From Patescibacteria group bacterium (GTDB lineage Bacteria > Patescibacteriota > Minisyncoccia > Minisyncoccales > Staskawiczbacteraceae), in contig JBBTQB010000029.1 in assembly GCA_038065835.1 (NCBI GenBank), positions 1 to 38,487 of the forward strand: 38,487 bases of DNA, given 5' to 3'. Shown in pieces: positions 20,314 to 28,350 of this stretch. Every line of letters starts with the position of its first letter. Position 1 is the stretch's first letter. The position numbers and the translations under genes are program-made. The notes below the pieces were generated by a model. That model saw only the letters and a list, made by a program, of their open reading frames with translations. It searched no databases and had not been told where the DNA came from.

Positions 20314-20385
20314 TGGGCGAGATAGGATTCGAACCTATAACCCCACGGATGTAAACCGTGTGCTCTGCCATTGAGCTACTCGCCC
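20314..20385 (-). tRNA. tRNA-Val(UAC)
   Basis: Acceptor GGGCGAG/CTCGCCC, anticodon arm CACGG-TTTACAT-CCGTG. Confidence 0.85.
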
Positions 20386-20394
20386 ATATTTCTG

Positions 20395-20477
20395 TGCGCG
20401 GGACAGGAGTCGAACCTGCACGCCCGTGAGGGCACTGGCACCTCAAGCCAGCTCGGCTACCGTTACGACACCCGCGC
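20395..20477 (-). tRNA. tRNA-Leu(GAG), class II with a long variable arm
   Basis: Acceptor GCGCGGG/CCCGCGC, anticodon arm CTGGC-TTGAGGT-GCCAG, variable arm TGCCCTCACGGGCGT. Confidence 0.85.
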
Positions 20478-21174
20478 GTGTTTTTTGGCGTGCTATTGAT
20501 AATATATTTTCTATTTTAATTTTTTTTCTTTTTAAACAAATTACTTCACTATTGTAATAAATTCTTTCCAGTAATTTCAGAGATTCAGTCTTGGCGTACT
20601 TAAGTTGGTAAACTGAACTATTAATGCCTTTAGTAATGTGGCCTTTAATTTTTAAATTTTTTGTTATTGTTTCTTTAAGCCATTCCACATGATTCTTACT
20701 GGCAGAAACAAAAACTATATAAAACATAAAACTTGATCTCCATCGATTATCCCAATACGAGTACGATGAACCATCACCGTCAAAATGTCCCCGGAGAAAA
20801 TCAAAAAAATATTTTCTAGGAATCTTCAGCTTACTAAGAGTTTTTGATTTATTAGGAAATAAACCAATGCTTAACAAAAATTTATAAAAGTTTACATCTC
20901 CAAATTGTAATACATAATATTTCTTTTCCTCCTCTCCACCTCGAGCTTTTTTCCCAATTTTATTATTAAGGTTAAGACAAAGTTTGAAATTATCTATTTG
21001 CTCTTTGTCTTTTGAAGTAAAACTTATATGACGGCCATCTTTTATAAGACATCCATCGGTGGTAATCAGTCCTATTGCATAGGCTAGTTGAGGTGACCAT
21101 AGTGTTGATACTTTATTAAGGGGTTTCATTAGTTCATTATACCTCAAAGTATAAGTGAATACCAATCTTGTCAT
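20443..21174 (-). CDS. Free-standing double-motif LAGLIDADG homing endonuclease
   Basis: LAYAIGLITTDGCL and FLRGHFDGDGSS motifs. The 3' end of the ORF runs about 35 nt into tRNA-Leu. Confidence 0.8.
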   Translation of the reverse strand: MTRLVFTYTLRYNELMKPLNKVSTLWSPQLAYAIGLITTDGCLIKDGRHISFTSKDKEQIDNFKLCLNLNNKIGKKARGGEEEKKYYVLQFGDVNFYKFLLSIGLFPNKSKTLSKLKIPRKYFFDFLRGHFDGDGSSYSYWDNRWRSSFMFYIVFVSASKNHVEWLKETITKNLKIKGHITKGINSSVYQLKYAKTESLKLLERIYYNSEVICLKRKKIKIENILSIARQKTRAGVVTVAELA

Positions 21175-21192
21175 CTGTACTTTAATAAGTTT

Positions 21193-21234
21193 TTAAAAAA
21201 TAGGGCGGGTCAGGATTTGCCTCCTTCCCGCCCC
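21193..21234 (-). terminator. Terminator of the small GC-rich gene
   Basis: On the minus strand: GGGCGGG...CCCGCCC followed by TATTTTTTAAAAA. Confidence 0.55.
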
Positions 21235-21239
21235 TTGGT

Positions 21240-21449
21240 TCACGATACAATTCTCAGAGGCAAGTCATTTGTCTCAGCATCCCCTTTTTTAAGGGACTTC
21301 TTTTGGGGAGCATTGACCTGCCTCACCCTGATCGTAAGATTTGCTTTGGTGAAATCCATTTCCTGGCAAACCTCCCCCAATTTCAGGGCGAAGTTGTACG
21401 CATCGGCTCTGTTTGTGATTGTGAATGCCAGCAACGATTCTTTTAGCAT
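21240..21449 (-). CDS. Small GC-rich orphan protein (69 aa)
   Basis: The track ORF is 21240-21464. The internal ATG at 21449 is preceded by GGAGGGAGTCCA. It has its own terminator. No family recognised. Confidence 0.45.
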   Translation of the reverse strand: MLKESLLAFTITNRADAYNFALKLGEVCQEMDFTKANLTIRVRQVNAPQKKSLKKGDAETNDLPLRIVS

Positions 21450-21548
21450 TGGACTCCCTCCCAAAAGGATTGGATAATTGACCCCATCTGAGATTTCAAA
21501 TTAGACTTTAAAACCTCAAATAGAGACAGTTATGATTTCTTAAAAGAG

Positions 21549-22007
21549 CTACTTTTGTTCTTCTGCTACGCTTGCAACTTCTTCTGCAATTATCGATTCT
21601 TCTGCCTTCGCTTCTTCGTCTGCACTCTTAGCGGAATTGAATTCTTTTTTCTTTAATTTTGCTTTTTTGCCTTTTGTATGTCTTAAGTAATAAAGTTTTG
21701 CTCTTCTTACTTTTGCTGATTTTACAATTTCAATTTTTTCTATAGATGGGGAATGAATTGGGAATATTCTTTCAACTCCTACTCCGTCAACAACTTTTCT
21801 AACGGTAATAGTTGCTGAAATTCCCTTACCGTGTTTTTTAGCAATAACAATTCCTTCAAATATTTGGATTCTTTCCTTTTCTCCTTTATCCTGAGCAACG
21901 CCGAAGGACTCTTTTATTTTTTGGTGTACTTTAACGGTATCACCAGGATAAATATCTGGCAATTCTTTTTGTTGTGACTTATTAAATATTTCTGCTTTTG
22001 TGATCAT
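21549..22007 (-). CDS. rplS: 50S ribosomal protein L19 with an acidic C-terminal extension
   Basis: ...[15 protein letters not shown]...[51 protein letters not shown].... Confidence 0.9.
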   Translation of the reverse strand: MITKAEIFNKSQQKELPDIYPGDTVKVHQKIKESFGVAQDKGEKERIQIFEGIVIAKKHGKGISATITVRKVVDGVGVERIFPIHSPSIEKIEIVKSAKVRRAKLYYLRHTKGKKAKLKKKEFNSAKSADEEAKAEESIIAEEVASVAEEQK

Positions 22008-22102
22008 AAACGAATTTTAAATCAATATTAAATGATTAAATGTCTAAAATCTGAAACGTGTTTTATTTATTTAAAATTTAGATTTTAATTAAAATTTAGA
22101 TT

Positions 22103-22822
22103 TTAGATTTTAAAATTATTTAGTATTTTCTTGAGATCTTCTGGTAAATCCGAATTGAATTCTTTCACGCTACCGTTCGGCAATCTTATCTTTAAATATG
22201 ATGAGTGTAAAAACTGCCTATTCAACCCTTTTGGAACAGGAGAGTCTTTAAATCCATACATCTTATCCCCGGCAATTGGATGATGGATATAAGCTAAATG
22301 ACATCTTATTTGGTGCTTCCTGCCTGTTTTTGGCTTAACTTCTAATAAAGAATATCTATCAAACCTCTCTAAAACTTTATACTCTGTAATCGCCTCTCTT
22401 TTCCCCGCGAAAGCCGGGCTTTTGCGGGGAAAGGCTTTTTGCTTGCGGGGGTCGGCAGGAGATCTTCCAATCAATGTTTCAATTCTCCCTTCTTCTTCTT
22501 TCACTATACCGTTGGCAAGAGCCATGTACTTCTTCTCCACCTCTCTACTTTTAAACTGTTTTTGTAAAAAAAGCAAGGATTCGTTGTTTTTTGCGACTAA
22601 AAGTATGCCCGATGTATCTTTATCTAGTCTATGAACAATCCCATGCCTTGTCGCTTCTCCAACACTCTTTAATTCTGGCTTTTGCTCTAAAAGATAATCT
22701 ATTAATGTCTTACCAACGAGGCTGGGTCTCGTTGATCTCGTTGATTCTAGAAAAACCACTACTCCCGCCGGCTTATCAACTACCAAAACATCATTATCTT
22801 CATAAATTACTTTAAAATCCAT
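22103..22822 (-). CDS. RluA-family 23S rRNA pseudouridine synthase (RluD-like, lacking an S4 domain)
   Basis: ...VVDKPAG...HRLDKDTSGILLVAKN... catalytic motif, and ...GRKHQIRCHLA.... Confidence 0.85.
   Translation of the reverse strand: MDFKVIYEDNDVLVVDKPAGVVVFLESTRSTRPSLVGKTLIDYLLEQKPELKSVGEATRHGIVHRLDKDTSGILLVAKNNESLLFLQKQFKSREVEKKYMALANGIVKEEEGRIETLIGRSPADPRKQKAFPRKSPAFAGKREAITEYKVLERFDRYSLLEVKPKTGRKHQIRCHLAYIHHPIAGDKMYGFKDSPVPKGLNRQFLHSSYLKIRLPNGSVKEFNSDLPEDLKKILNNFKI
22402..22459 (-). repeat. GC-rich repeat patch in frame in the pseudouridine synthase gene
   Basis: The minus strand reads CCTGCCGAC-CCCCGCAAGCAAAAAGCC-TTTCCCCGCAAAAGCCC-GGCTTTCGCGGGGA, which is two direct copies and one inverted copy of CCCCGCAAAAGCC. 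It encodes about SPADPRKQKAFPRKSPAFAGK. Confidence 0.6.
22712..22734 (-). repeat. Family-B hairpin in frame in the pseudouridine synthase gene
   Basis: The minus strand CAACGAGACCCAGCCTCGTTGGT matches 15343-15365 at 22 of 23 positions. It is preceded by a 9-nt duplication (TCAACGAGA x2) and encodes STRSTRPSLVGK. Confidence 0.75.
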
Positions 22823-22823
22823 T

Positions 22824-23264
22824 CTATAATTTTTTGATATAGTGAATCAGCGTTTCGCCCTTTTTAAATCCAAAGCTTTTATGGAATGCGTGGCTAACAG
22901 TATTGTTTATCTCTGCGTCAGAACCCATTTCTTTCACGCCCTTTTTTATAAACCATTTTTCTGATTCTTTAATCAATTGCTTAGCTACTCCTTTTTTTCT
23001 ATATTCCTTTCTTACATATATGCCCTCAATATATCCTACAGGATTTGTTTTAGATCCTTCAACGTAATCATTTCTTACTGCAATATTTACAAATCCCAAA
23101 GGAGTATTATAATTGTCTCTTGCAATAAAAGCAGCCTCTTTTTTTGAATGCAATATTTCTTGAAATTCTTTCTTTATCTTCTCTTCTGGATGTTTTTCCC
23201 AAAAAAGCAAGCCCATTTTTAGCCATTCAGAAAAGTCTTTTTTTGTTACCCCCTCTATTTTCAT
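22824..23264 (-). CDS. GNAT-family N-acetyltransferase, AAC(6')-like
   Basis: 146 aa with the acetyl-CoA motif ...YVRKEYRKKGVAKQLI.... Confidence 0.75.
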   Translation of the reverse strand: MKIEGVTKKDFSEWLKMGLLFWEKHPEEKIKKEFQEILHSKKEAAFIARDNYNTPLGFVNIAVRNDYVEGSKTNPVGYIEGIYVRKEYRKKGVAKQLIKESEKWFIKKGVKEMGSDAEINNTVSHAFHKSFGFKKGETLIHYIKKL

Positions 23265-23270
23265 AAGTTG

Positions 23271-23343
23271 TGGGCGCGCCCCGACTCGAACGGGGAACCC
23301 TTTTCACGTCAAGAAAATGCTCTGCCAATTGAGCTACGCGCCC
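23271..23343 (-). tRNA. tRNA-Val(GAC)
   Basis: Acceptor GGGCGCG/CGCGCCC, anticodon arm TTTTC-TTGACGT-GAAAA, T-arm CCCCG-TTCGAGT-CGGGG. Confidence 0.85.
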
Positions 23344-23349
23344 ATTTTG

Positions 23350-23422
23350 TGCTCCTGGAAGGGATCGAACCTTCGGCCGCCAAATTATAAGTTTGGTGCT
23401 CTAACCACTGAGCTACAGGAGC
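23350..23422 (-). tRNA. tRNA-Ile(UAU)
   Basis: Acceptor GCTCCTG/CAGGAGC, D-arm GCTC-AGTGGTTA-GAGC, anticodon arm CCAAA-CTTATAA-TTTGG, T-arm GAAGG-TTCGATC-CCTTC. Confidence 0.8.
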
Positions 23423-24084
23423 TTAATCTGTTTGTCAGATATGGCCTTGATCGCCATTAATATTTGCTCCGAGAATCTTGCATTATATACCCTTGCGTTG
23501 CATGTGCCATGCCCGAAAGTACCTTTTTGATTTATTCTTAAAAAAGAGCTCTTTTTTATGTAAGGTTTAGAAAATTGACTTTCTTTAACGTTTAGTATTT
23601 TTGCCCAAAAAGCAGTTTCTTTTTTAACATCCATATCTTCATAAAAGTGCATGGCGAATCTTATTTTGTGTTTTGGTATTTTTAAGACAACTTGAATCCA
23701 CTTGATAAAAAATATGATTACTGATGGATTGGTGTTTGAAAGAGATAAGTGTGTTAGAGATGTCTTTGTTCCCTCGCCCCAATAAAGAAACAGTCCGGCA
23801 ATAAAAACATCTCTTTTACCTAAAGGAAAAACATTCTTTTTCTGTTCGTTGTAGTACTTCAATAATCTTTTATCTTTTGTTCTTTTTCTGGTTTCCCTGT
23901 ACTTCTCAATGCGACTCTCATTATTTGCTCCTAACTCTCTAATTCTTTTTTTTGAAAGAGGATAGTCTCTAAGCCAAAGACTTAAACTGCTTTTACTAAC
24001 CCTCAGAATCTTCTTTATTTGACTATAACTCATTTCTTTTTTCCTAAGAGCCAAGGCTTTTTCTCGTTTAATGAAATGTGTCAT
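23413..24084 (-). CDS. HTH plus single-motif LAGLIDADG-like endonuclease family protein
   Basis: N-terminal HTH (MSYSQIKKILRVSKSSLSLWLRD) and the motif FIAGLFLYWGEGTK. The 3' end overlaps tRNA-Ile by about 10 nt. Confidence 0.6.
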   Translation of the reverse strand: MTHFIKREKALALRKKEMSYSQIKKILRVSKSSLSLWLRDYPLSKKRIRELGANNESRIEKYRETRKRTKDKRLLKYYNEQKKNVFPLGKRDVFIAGLFLYWGEGTKTSLTHLSLSNTNPSVIIFFIKWIQVVLKIPKHKIRFAMHFYEDMDVKKETAFWAKILNVKESQFSKPYIKKSSFLRINQKGTFGHGTCNARVYNARFSEQILMAIKAISDKQIKLL

Positions 24085-24170
24085 AATAGAACTCTTAATT
24101 AATATCCGAGTAAATACTAATCATTGGTTCATTATAACAAATATTAATTTAAAAGAACAGTCATTTTTGA

Positions 24171-24192
24171 TCCGCCGTTGAGCTACGGGCCC
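24171..24192 (-). pseudogene. Orphan tRNA 5' fragment (acceptor plus D-arm only)
   Basis: The minus strand GGGCCCGTAGCTCAACGGCGGA has no downstream anticodon or T-arm. Confidence 0.4.
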
Positions 24193-24234
24193 ATCGATAC
24201 CATCTTTCACGCAATTGCAAAAAAGAAGGTTTGA

Positions 24235-27200
24235 TTATTTTTTAAATTTAGAATTTGTTTGTGATTTAGAATTTGTAGTTTGAGATTTTTTGCCTATAAT
24301 ATTCTCAAACTCTTCCCTCTCTATTGTTTCTTTCTCAATTAGGGTTTTGGCAATTTTTTCGAGTAACTTTTTATGCTGCCTTACTATTTTTCCAGCTCTT
24401 ACTTCTTCACTTTTGATAATTTTTTCAATCTCTGCATCTATTTTTGTCGCCACTGCTTCAGAATAATTTCTTTGTTCTGATATTTCCCTGCCTAAAAATA
24501 CCAGCTCATCTCTGTCACCAAAAGATATTGGTCCCAAAGAAGACATGCCATATTCTTTCACTATTTTTCTGGTTAACTCAGATGCTTTAACCAAATCGTT
24601 TGAAGCACCTGTAGACATTTCACCAAATATCAGTCTTTCAGCTGAAAGTCCTCCTAACAAAGTGGCAATTTCAGCCAAGAATTGGGTCTTTGTTCTCATT
24701 TTGTTTGATTCTGAAGGAACTTGCAAAGTATATCCGCCAGCCATGCCTCTTGAGATAATGGATATTTTTCTTATTGGCTCTGTTCCGGGAATTGAGCTGG
24801 AAACCAAAGCATGTCCTGCTTCGTGATATGCAGCAATCTCCTTTTCTTTTTTTGATAAAATATGAGATTTCCTTTCAGGACCCAGTAAAACTTTTTCTAT
24901 TGATTCTAAAAATTCTCCCTGTGAAACCTGTGTTTTATTCCTTCTTGCAGCTAATAAAGCAGCTTCATTTGCCACATTTGCCAAATCAGCCCCTGAAAAC
25001 CCGGGTGTTCTTTCAGCAATTTCTTTGAAGTTTACATTAGAAGACAATGGCTTTTCTTTTGAATGGATTTTTAAGATTTCTTCTCTATCATGGACGTCTG
25101 GCAGATCCAAAACAATTTTTCTATCAAACCTGCCTGGCCTTAAGAGAGCTGGGTCTAAAATATCTCCCCGGTTGGTATTATGTAATAAGATTGGTTCCTC
25201 GCCGCCAAAAAATGCTTCATTATTACAACCGCAAAAGTCATATACATATCCGTTATAGGGAATTTTTTTAACGTTTTTTATCATTGGCCTTTCCACTGAA
25301 CCAGAAATTCTTACATCTTGATCTAATAAAGGATTTTGAGTTTTGCCGAAACCCAACCTCCATGCAATGCTTGTTTTCAATGGTTTACCATTATTAATTA
25401 CCCTTCCCTCTTTTGTTTTAAAAGAATGAATATACCCTTTAAATCCGTGCATTCTGAATAGCCAGTTAAGCTCTATGATCAGCTGTTTGCTCATAGAAGT
25501 AACTTCTCCTCTATCTCTTTTATCAATATGACCATCTCCATAAAAATATCCCTTAAAATACTCTTTAAAATATTCGAATGGTGCTTCAAAAAGGAAAGAA
25601 GGTACATGCTTATTTTTTGCCCCCTTGCCACAATAAAAAGAAAAGAAATTAGCTAGTGGGGTGCATTGGTACACAATATTTACCGCACTGTTGCTTGTCA
25701 GCCTTACAGTATGAGGTTCGATATTAAATATATTTTTCATTAACATTTTAACATCTTGTATTTTTGCAGTTTCCTTCCTATTGAAACAGAAGTCTACTTC
25801 ATTTCTTGCATATCCCTCGGCAGTATAGTAACCAAGAAGACGCATTAATTCCGGAGTAACTTTTACGGTTTCTGGCAAGACATTTTTATGCTGGTAGTAA
25901 TTCCTGGAAAGTTGCCTTGGTCCGCATATCCCTTGTTGCCATTTTCCAATAGTCCTCTGTGAAAATCCAAGATCTTTACCCAATTGGGTCTGGGAAATTT
26001 CACCAACGTGAGCTAAAGCATATTGATAATTAAAATGTATCGGCTCGAATCTTTCAAAAAGTGGTTGCCATACAGAAAGTTCAAGATTAAAACTTGTATT
26101 AAATGTATGCGCTCTAATTTCTTTTTTATGAGAAGTTCTATTAGCTTTATATGGCATGTTTACCAGAATGTCTCCTTGGACAAGGTCAGCAACTGCTTTT
26201 GTTTTTAATCCACTACGAGTTCTTACAAACACCGAATGGTTTCCGGTTGCTTTGATTTTTCCGCCAACATATTCAATTTCGTAAATTTCTTTTACTTTAT
26301 GCCGAAACACACTTCGCACCTTCTTGAAGGCACTATGAGAAAAGTAGACACTATTTTTATTGCGTCCAGTTAATATTTTTTTTTCAAACCCCAACACTTC
26401 AATTTCAGGAGAGTCTTTTTCTACATTTTCTTCACCCTCTTGGTAATAAGGATCAATAACCTGAGAAATTGGCAATAATTTGTAATTATTATTTTTCTTT
26501 ATTAGGACCTGGGTATCTTCAGTAACACTCGCTGCCATAACAATTACTCCAGACTCTCTTTCAAAACCATCCATTTCAACCAAAATCATATTTAATGTTT
26601 GCTCTCTCTCATCATGTCCTCCGCCAATTCCAGCTCCCCTGTGGCGCCCAATGGCATCTAGCTCATCAATAAAGATTATTGACGGGGAAGCTTTCTTTGC
26701 CATAGAAAATAAATCCCTCACTCTTGCCGATCCCACTCCAACAAACATTTCAACAAATTCTGACCCCGAAATGGAAAAGAATGGTACATTGGCCTCACCA
26801 CTGACGGCACGCGCCAATAAAGTTTTTCCCACTCCAGCAGCCCCTAAAAGCAGTACGCCCCTTGGTATTTTTGCTCCCATTGCTAAATACTTTTTGGGAA
26901 ACTTCAAAAAATCTACAATCTCTATCAGCTCTTCTTTAGCTTCTTTTAATCCTGCAACATCCTTAAAAGTTATTTTTTGTTTATCATGGCCCTCAGCTCC
27001 AAAAATTCTGGCTTTTGCCCTTGTAAAATCAAAAACTTGCATAGCCCCAGATTTTGTTTGCTTTAGCATTGTCCAAAGGAAAAATCCAATAAGAAGCAAT
27101 GGTAAAACCCCGTAAAGTAAAGCAGGAAACAACCAAGTCCACATGCTTTGTTGTTCTAGTTCAGCTGATATTTCAACTTTTTGTAATTTTACTGGATTAG

Positions 27201-27468
27201 CTCCCAAATTAACCAAAACTTCCGACAATACAGAGTTTGTCTCTTTCATTGAAATGGCTTTTGATTCATTATTATAAGTTATGGCTATGCTCTCGCCAGA
27301 AACAGCAATTTTCTTAACTTTATCCTGATTTATTTCAGAAACTAACTGGGAAATTGATATTTGATTTGACTCGCCTGTTGGAAAATAAAACAAGCTGAAA
27401 ACACCCCCTATGGCCAGGAATATTAGTACAACAAAAATAAAGTTTTTAATAAGTGGATTTAGTTTCAT
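24235..27468 (-). CDS. ftsH: ATP-dependent zinc metalloprotease FtsH, intein-containing
   Basis: Walker A GAAGVGKT, Walker [12 protein letters not shown] ...[12 protein letters not shown], zinc site HEAGHAL. The preferred start is MKLNPLIKN (27468). The track ORF extends to 27576 across the divergent promoter. Confidence 0.9.
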   Translation of the reverse strand: MKLNPLIKNFIFVVLIFLAIGGVFSLFYFPTGESNQISISQLVSEINQDKVKKIAVSGESIAITYNNESKAISMKETNSVLSEVLVNLGANPVKLQKVEISAELEQQSMWTWLFPALLYGVLPLLLIGFFLWTMLKQTKSGAMQVFDFTRAKARIFGAEGHDKQKITFKDVAGLKEAKEELIEIVDFLKFPKKYLAMGAKIPRGVLLLGAAGVGKTLLARAVSGEANVPFFSISGSEFVEMFVGVGSARVRDLFSMAKKASPSIIFIDELDAIGRHRGAGIGGGHDEREQTLNMILVEMDGFERESGVIVMAASVTEDTQVLIKKNNNYKLLPISQVIDPYYQEGEENVEKDSPEIEVLGFEKKILTGRNKNSVYFSHSAFKKVRSVFRHKVKEIYEIEYVGGKIKATGNHSVFVRTRSGLKTKAVADLVQGDILVNMPYKANRTSHKKEIRAHTFNTSFNLELSVWQPLFERFEPIHFNYQYALAHVGEISQTQLGKDLGFSQRTIGKWQQGICGPRQLSRNYYQHKNVLPETVKVTPELMRLLGYYTAEGYARNEVDFCFNRKETAKIQDVKMLMKNIFNIEPHTVRLTSNSAVNIVYQCTPLANFFSFYCGKGAKNKHVPSFLFEAPFEYFKEYFKGYFYGDGHIDKRDRGEVTSMSKQLIIELNWLFRMHGFKGYIHSFKTKEGRVINNGKPLKTSIAWRLGFGKTQNPLLDQDVRISGSVERPMIKNVKKIPYNGYVYDFCGCNNEAFFGGEEPILLHNTNRGDILDPALLRPGRFDRKIVLDLPDVHDREEILKIHSKEKPLSSNVNFKEIAERTPGFSGADLANVANEAALLAARRNKTQVSQGEFLESIEKVLLGPERKSHILSKKEKEIAAYHEAGHALVSSSIPGTEPIRKISIISRGMAGGYTLQVPSESNKMRTKTQFLAEIATLLGGLSAERLIFGEMSTGASNDLVKASELTRKIVKEYGMSSLGPISFGDRDELVFLGREISEQRNYSEAVATKIDAEIEKIIKSEEVRAGKIVRQHKKLLEKIAKTLIEKETIEREEFENIIGKKSQTTNSKSQTNSKFKK
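25177..26529 (-). mobile_element. FtsH intein (451 aa) with a LAGLIDADG homing endonuclease domain
   Basis: The host sequence VIVMAA|...|[12 protein letters not shown] is interrupted. Intein blocks: SVTEDTQVL (Ser1), [17 protein letters not shown] and [15 protein letters not shown]...ILLHN followed by Thr+1. The codon phase was checked at both junctions. Confidence 0.85.
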
Positions 27469-27519
27469 ATTGACAATATAACACTCTTTTAAATATCTTT
27501 CAACCTCAAATAGGTGGTA

Positions 27520-27548
27520 TTGACACATTGTAGTGTATATGATATCAC
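27520..27548 (+). promoter_or_regulatory. Promoter TTGACA-N14-TGA-TATCAC, second copy of the shared block
   Basis: See 8439-8467. It lies between the divergent ftsH start and the orphan gene. Confidence 0.55.
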
Positions 27549-27650
27549 TAAAATAGTACCTCACATTACACTTCATGCGATTTTGCTCATACTTGTGGGT
27601 AAAATCGTGTGAAGTGTTTCGAGATTTCCCATTTCCGAAAGGATAAGTCC

Positions 27651-28283
27651 ATGTTGTACATCACGAACGCCCTATCTCAGATCACGGACATTTTCGTGTC
27701 CACCAAGGATTGGGATACGTCCACGCCCGATACCGTGAAGGGGTTCTTCACCAAGTACAACGGCGTTGGTGTCTTACCCTTGACCAAGCAAAACACGGGG
27801 GCATCACAGAATCAGGCCCCGCAGACCGAGCAGAAGCCTACTTACGAGAAGGAGGAGCCGGAGGTCATCGTCGAGAGTGAGCCCAACTGCGGGCTCCTGG
27901 AGTACTTCAATAGTCTCTGTGACCACGAGTTCAGGATTTACGCCCTGTACCGCGAGGTCAAAGAGAGATGGGTGAAGATCCGTATCCAGGCCTGCCCCGA
28001 CTACGACATCGGATGGGACAAGAAGCGTCCCTTCGATGAGATGAATGAGGTTGCCGGCACCATCTACAGCATGGCTGGCTATAGGCTGGACGTGAAGCAT
28101 TTCACGTACAAGAAGCCCGGCCGCACGCCCGACGAAAAGCGATCCATCTTCGTAAAGGCCGACCAGTTGAACTGGTTAGTTGGCAAAGACGGGAAGCCCC
28201 TCCTCGTCGGCAAACCGCCGAGGCCCAAGAAGGCACGGAACCAGCTGGTTATCACGGACGATGGGGAATTTAAAGTGGCGTAG
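27651..28283 (+). CDS. GC-rich orphan protein (hypothetical)
   Basis: The track ORF is 27609-28283. ATG 27651 is preceded by AAAGGATAAGTCC. It is clearly GC-richer than ftsH and valS. No family recognised. Confidence 0.6.
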   Translation: MLYITNALSQITDIFVSTKDWDTSTPDTVKGFFTKYNGVGVLPLTKQNTGASQNQAPQTEQKPTYEKEEPEVIVESEPNCGLLEYFNSLCDHEFRIYALYREVKERWVKIRIQACPDYDIGWDKKRPFDEMNEVAGTIYSMAGYRLDVKHFTYKKPGRTPDEKRSIFVKADQLNWLVGKDGKPLLVGKPPRPKKARNQLVITDDGEFKVA

Positions 28284-28305
28284 GGTACGCTACCACGCAA
28301 AACAA

Positions 28306-28340
28306 GGGCCGAGTTGCGAAAGCAGCTCGGCCCGTTTCAT
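28306..28340. terminator. Bidirectional terminator between the orphan gene and valS
   Basis: GGGCCGAG-TTGCGAAAGCAG-CTCGGCCC with T-rich tracts on both strands. Confidence 0.6.
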
Positions 28341-28350
28341 TGCAAAAAAG

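Noticed and set aside
20443-24084. Group I introns hosting the two LAGLIDADG-type ORFs next to tRNA genes
   Set aside because: The adjacent tRNAs (Leu-GAG, Ile-UAU) are complete and uninterrupted, and I could not trace P3-P8 type core pairings around the ORFs. They are treated as free-standing genes.
27469-27576. The 36-codon N-terminal extension of ftsH in the ORF track ([11 protein letters not shown]...)
   Set aside because: It overlaps the divergent promoter block and has no similarity to FtsH. The canonical short cytoplasmic N-terminus followed by the first TM helix starts at MKLNPLIKN (27468).
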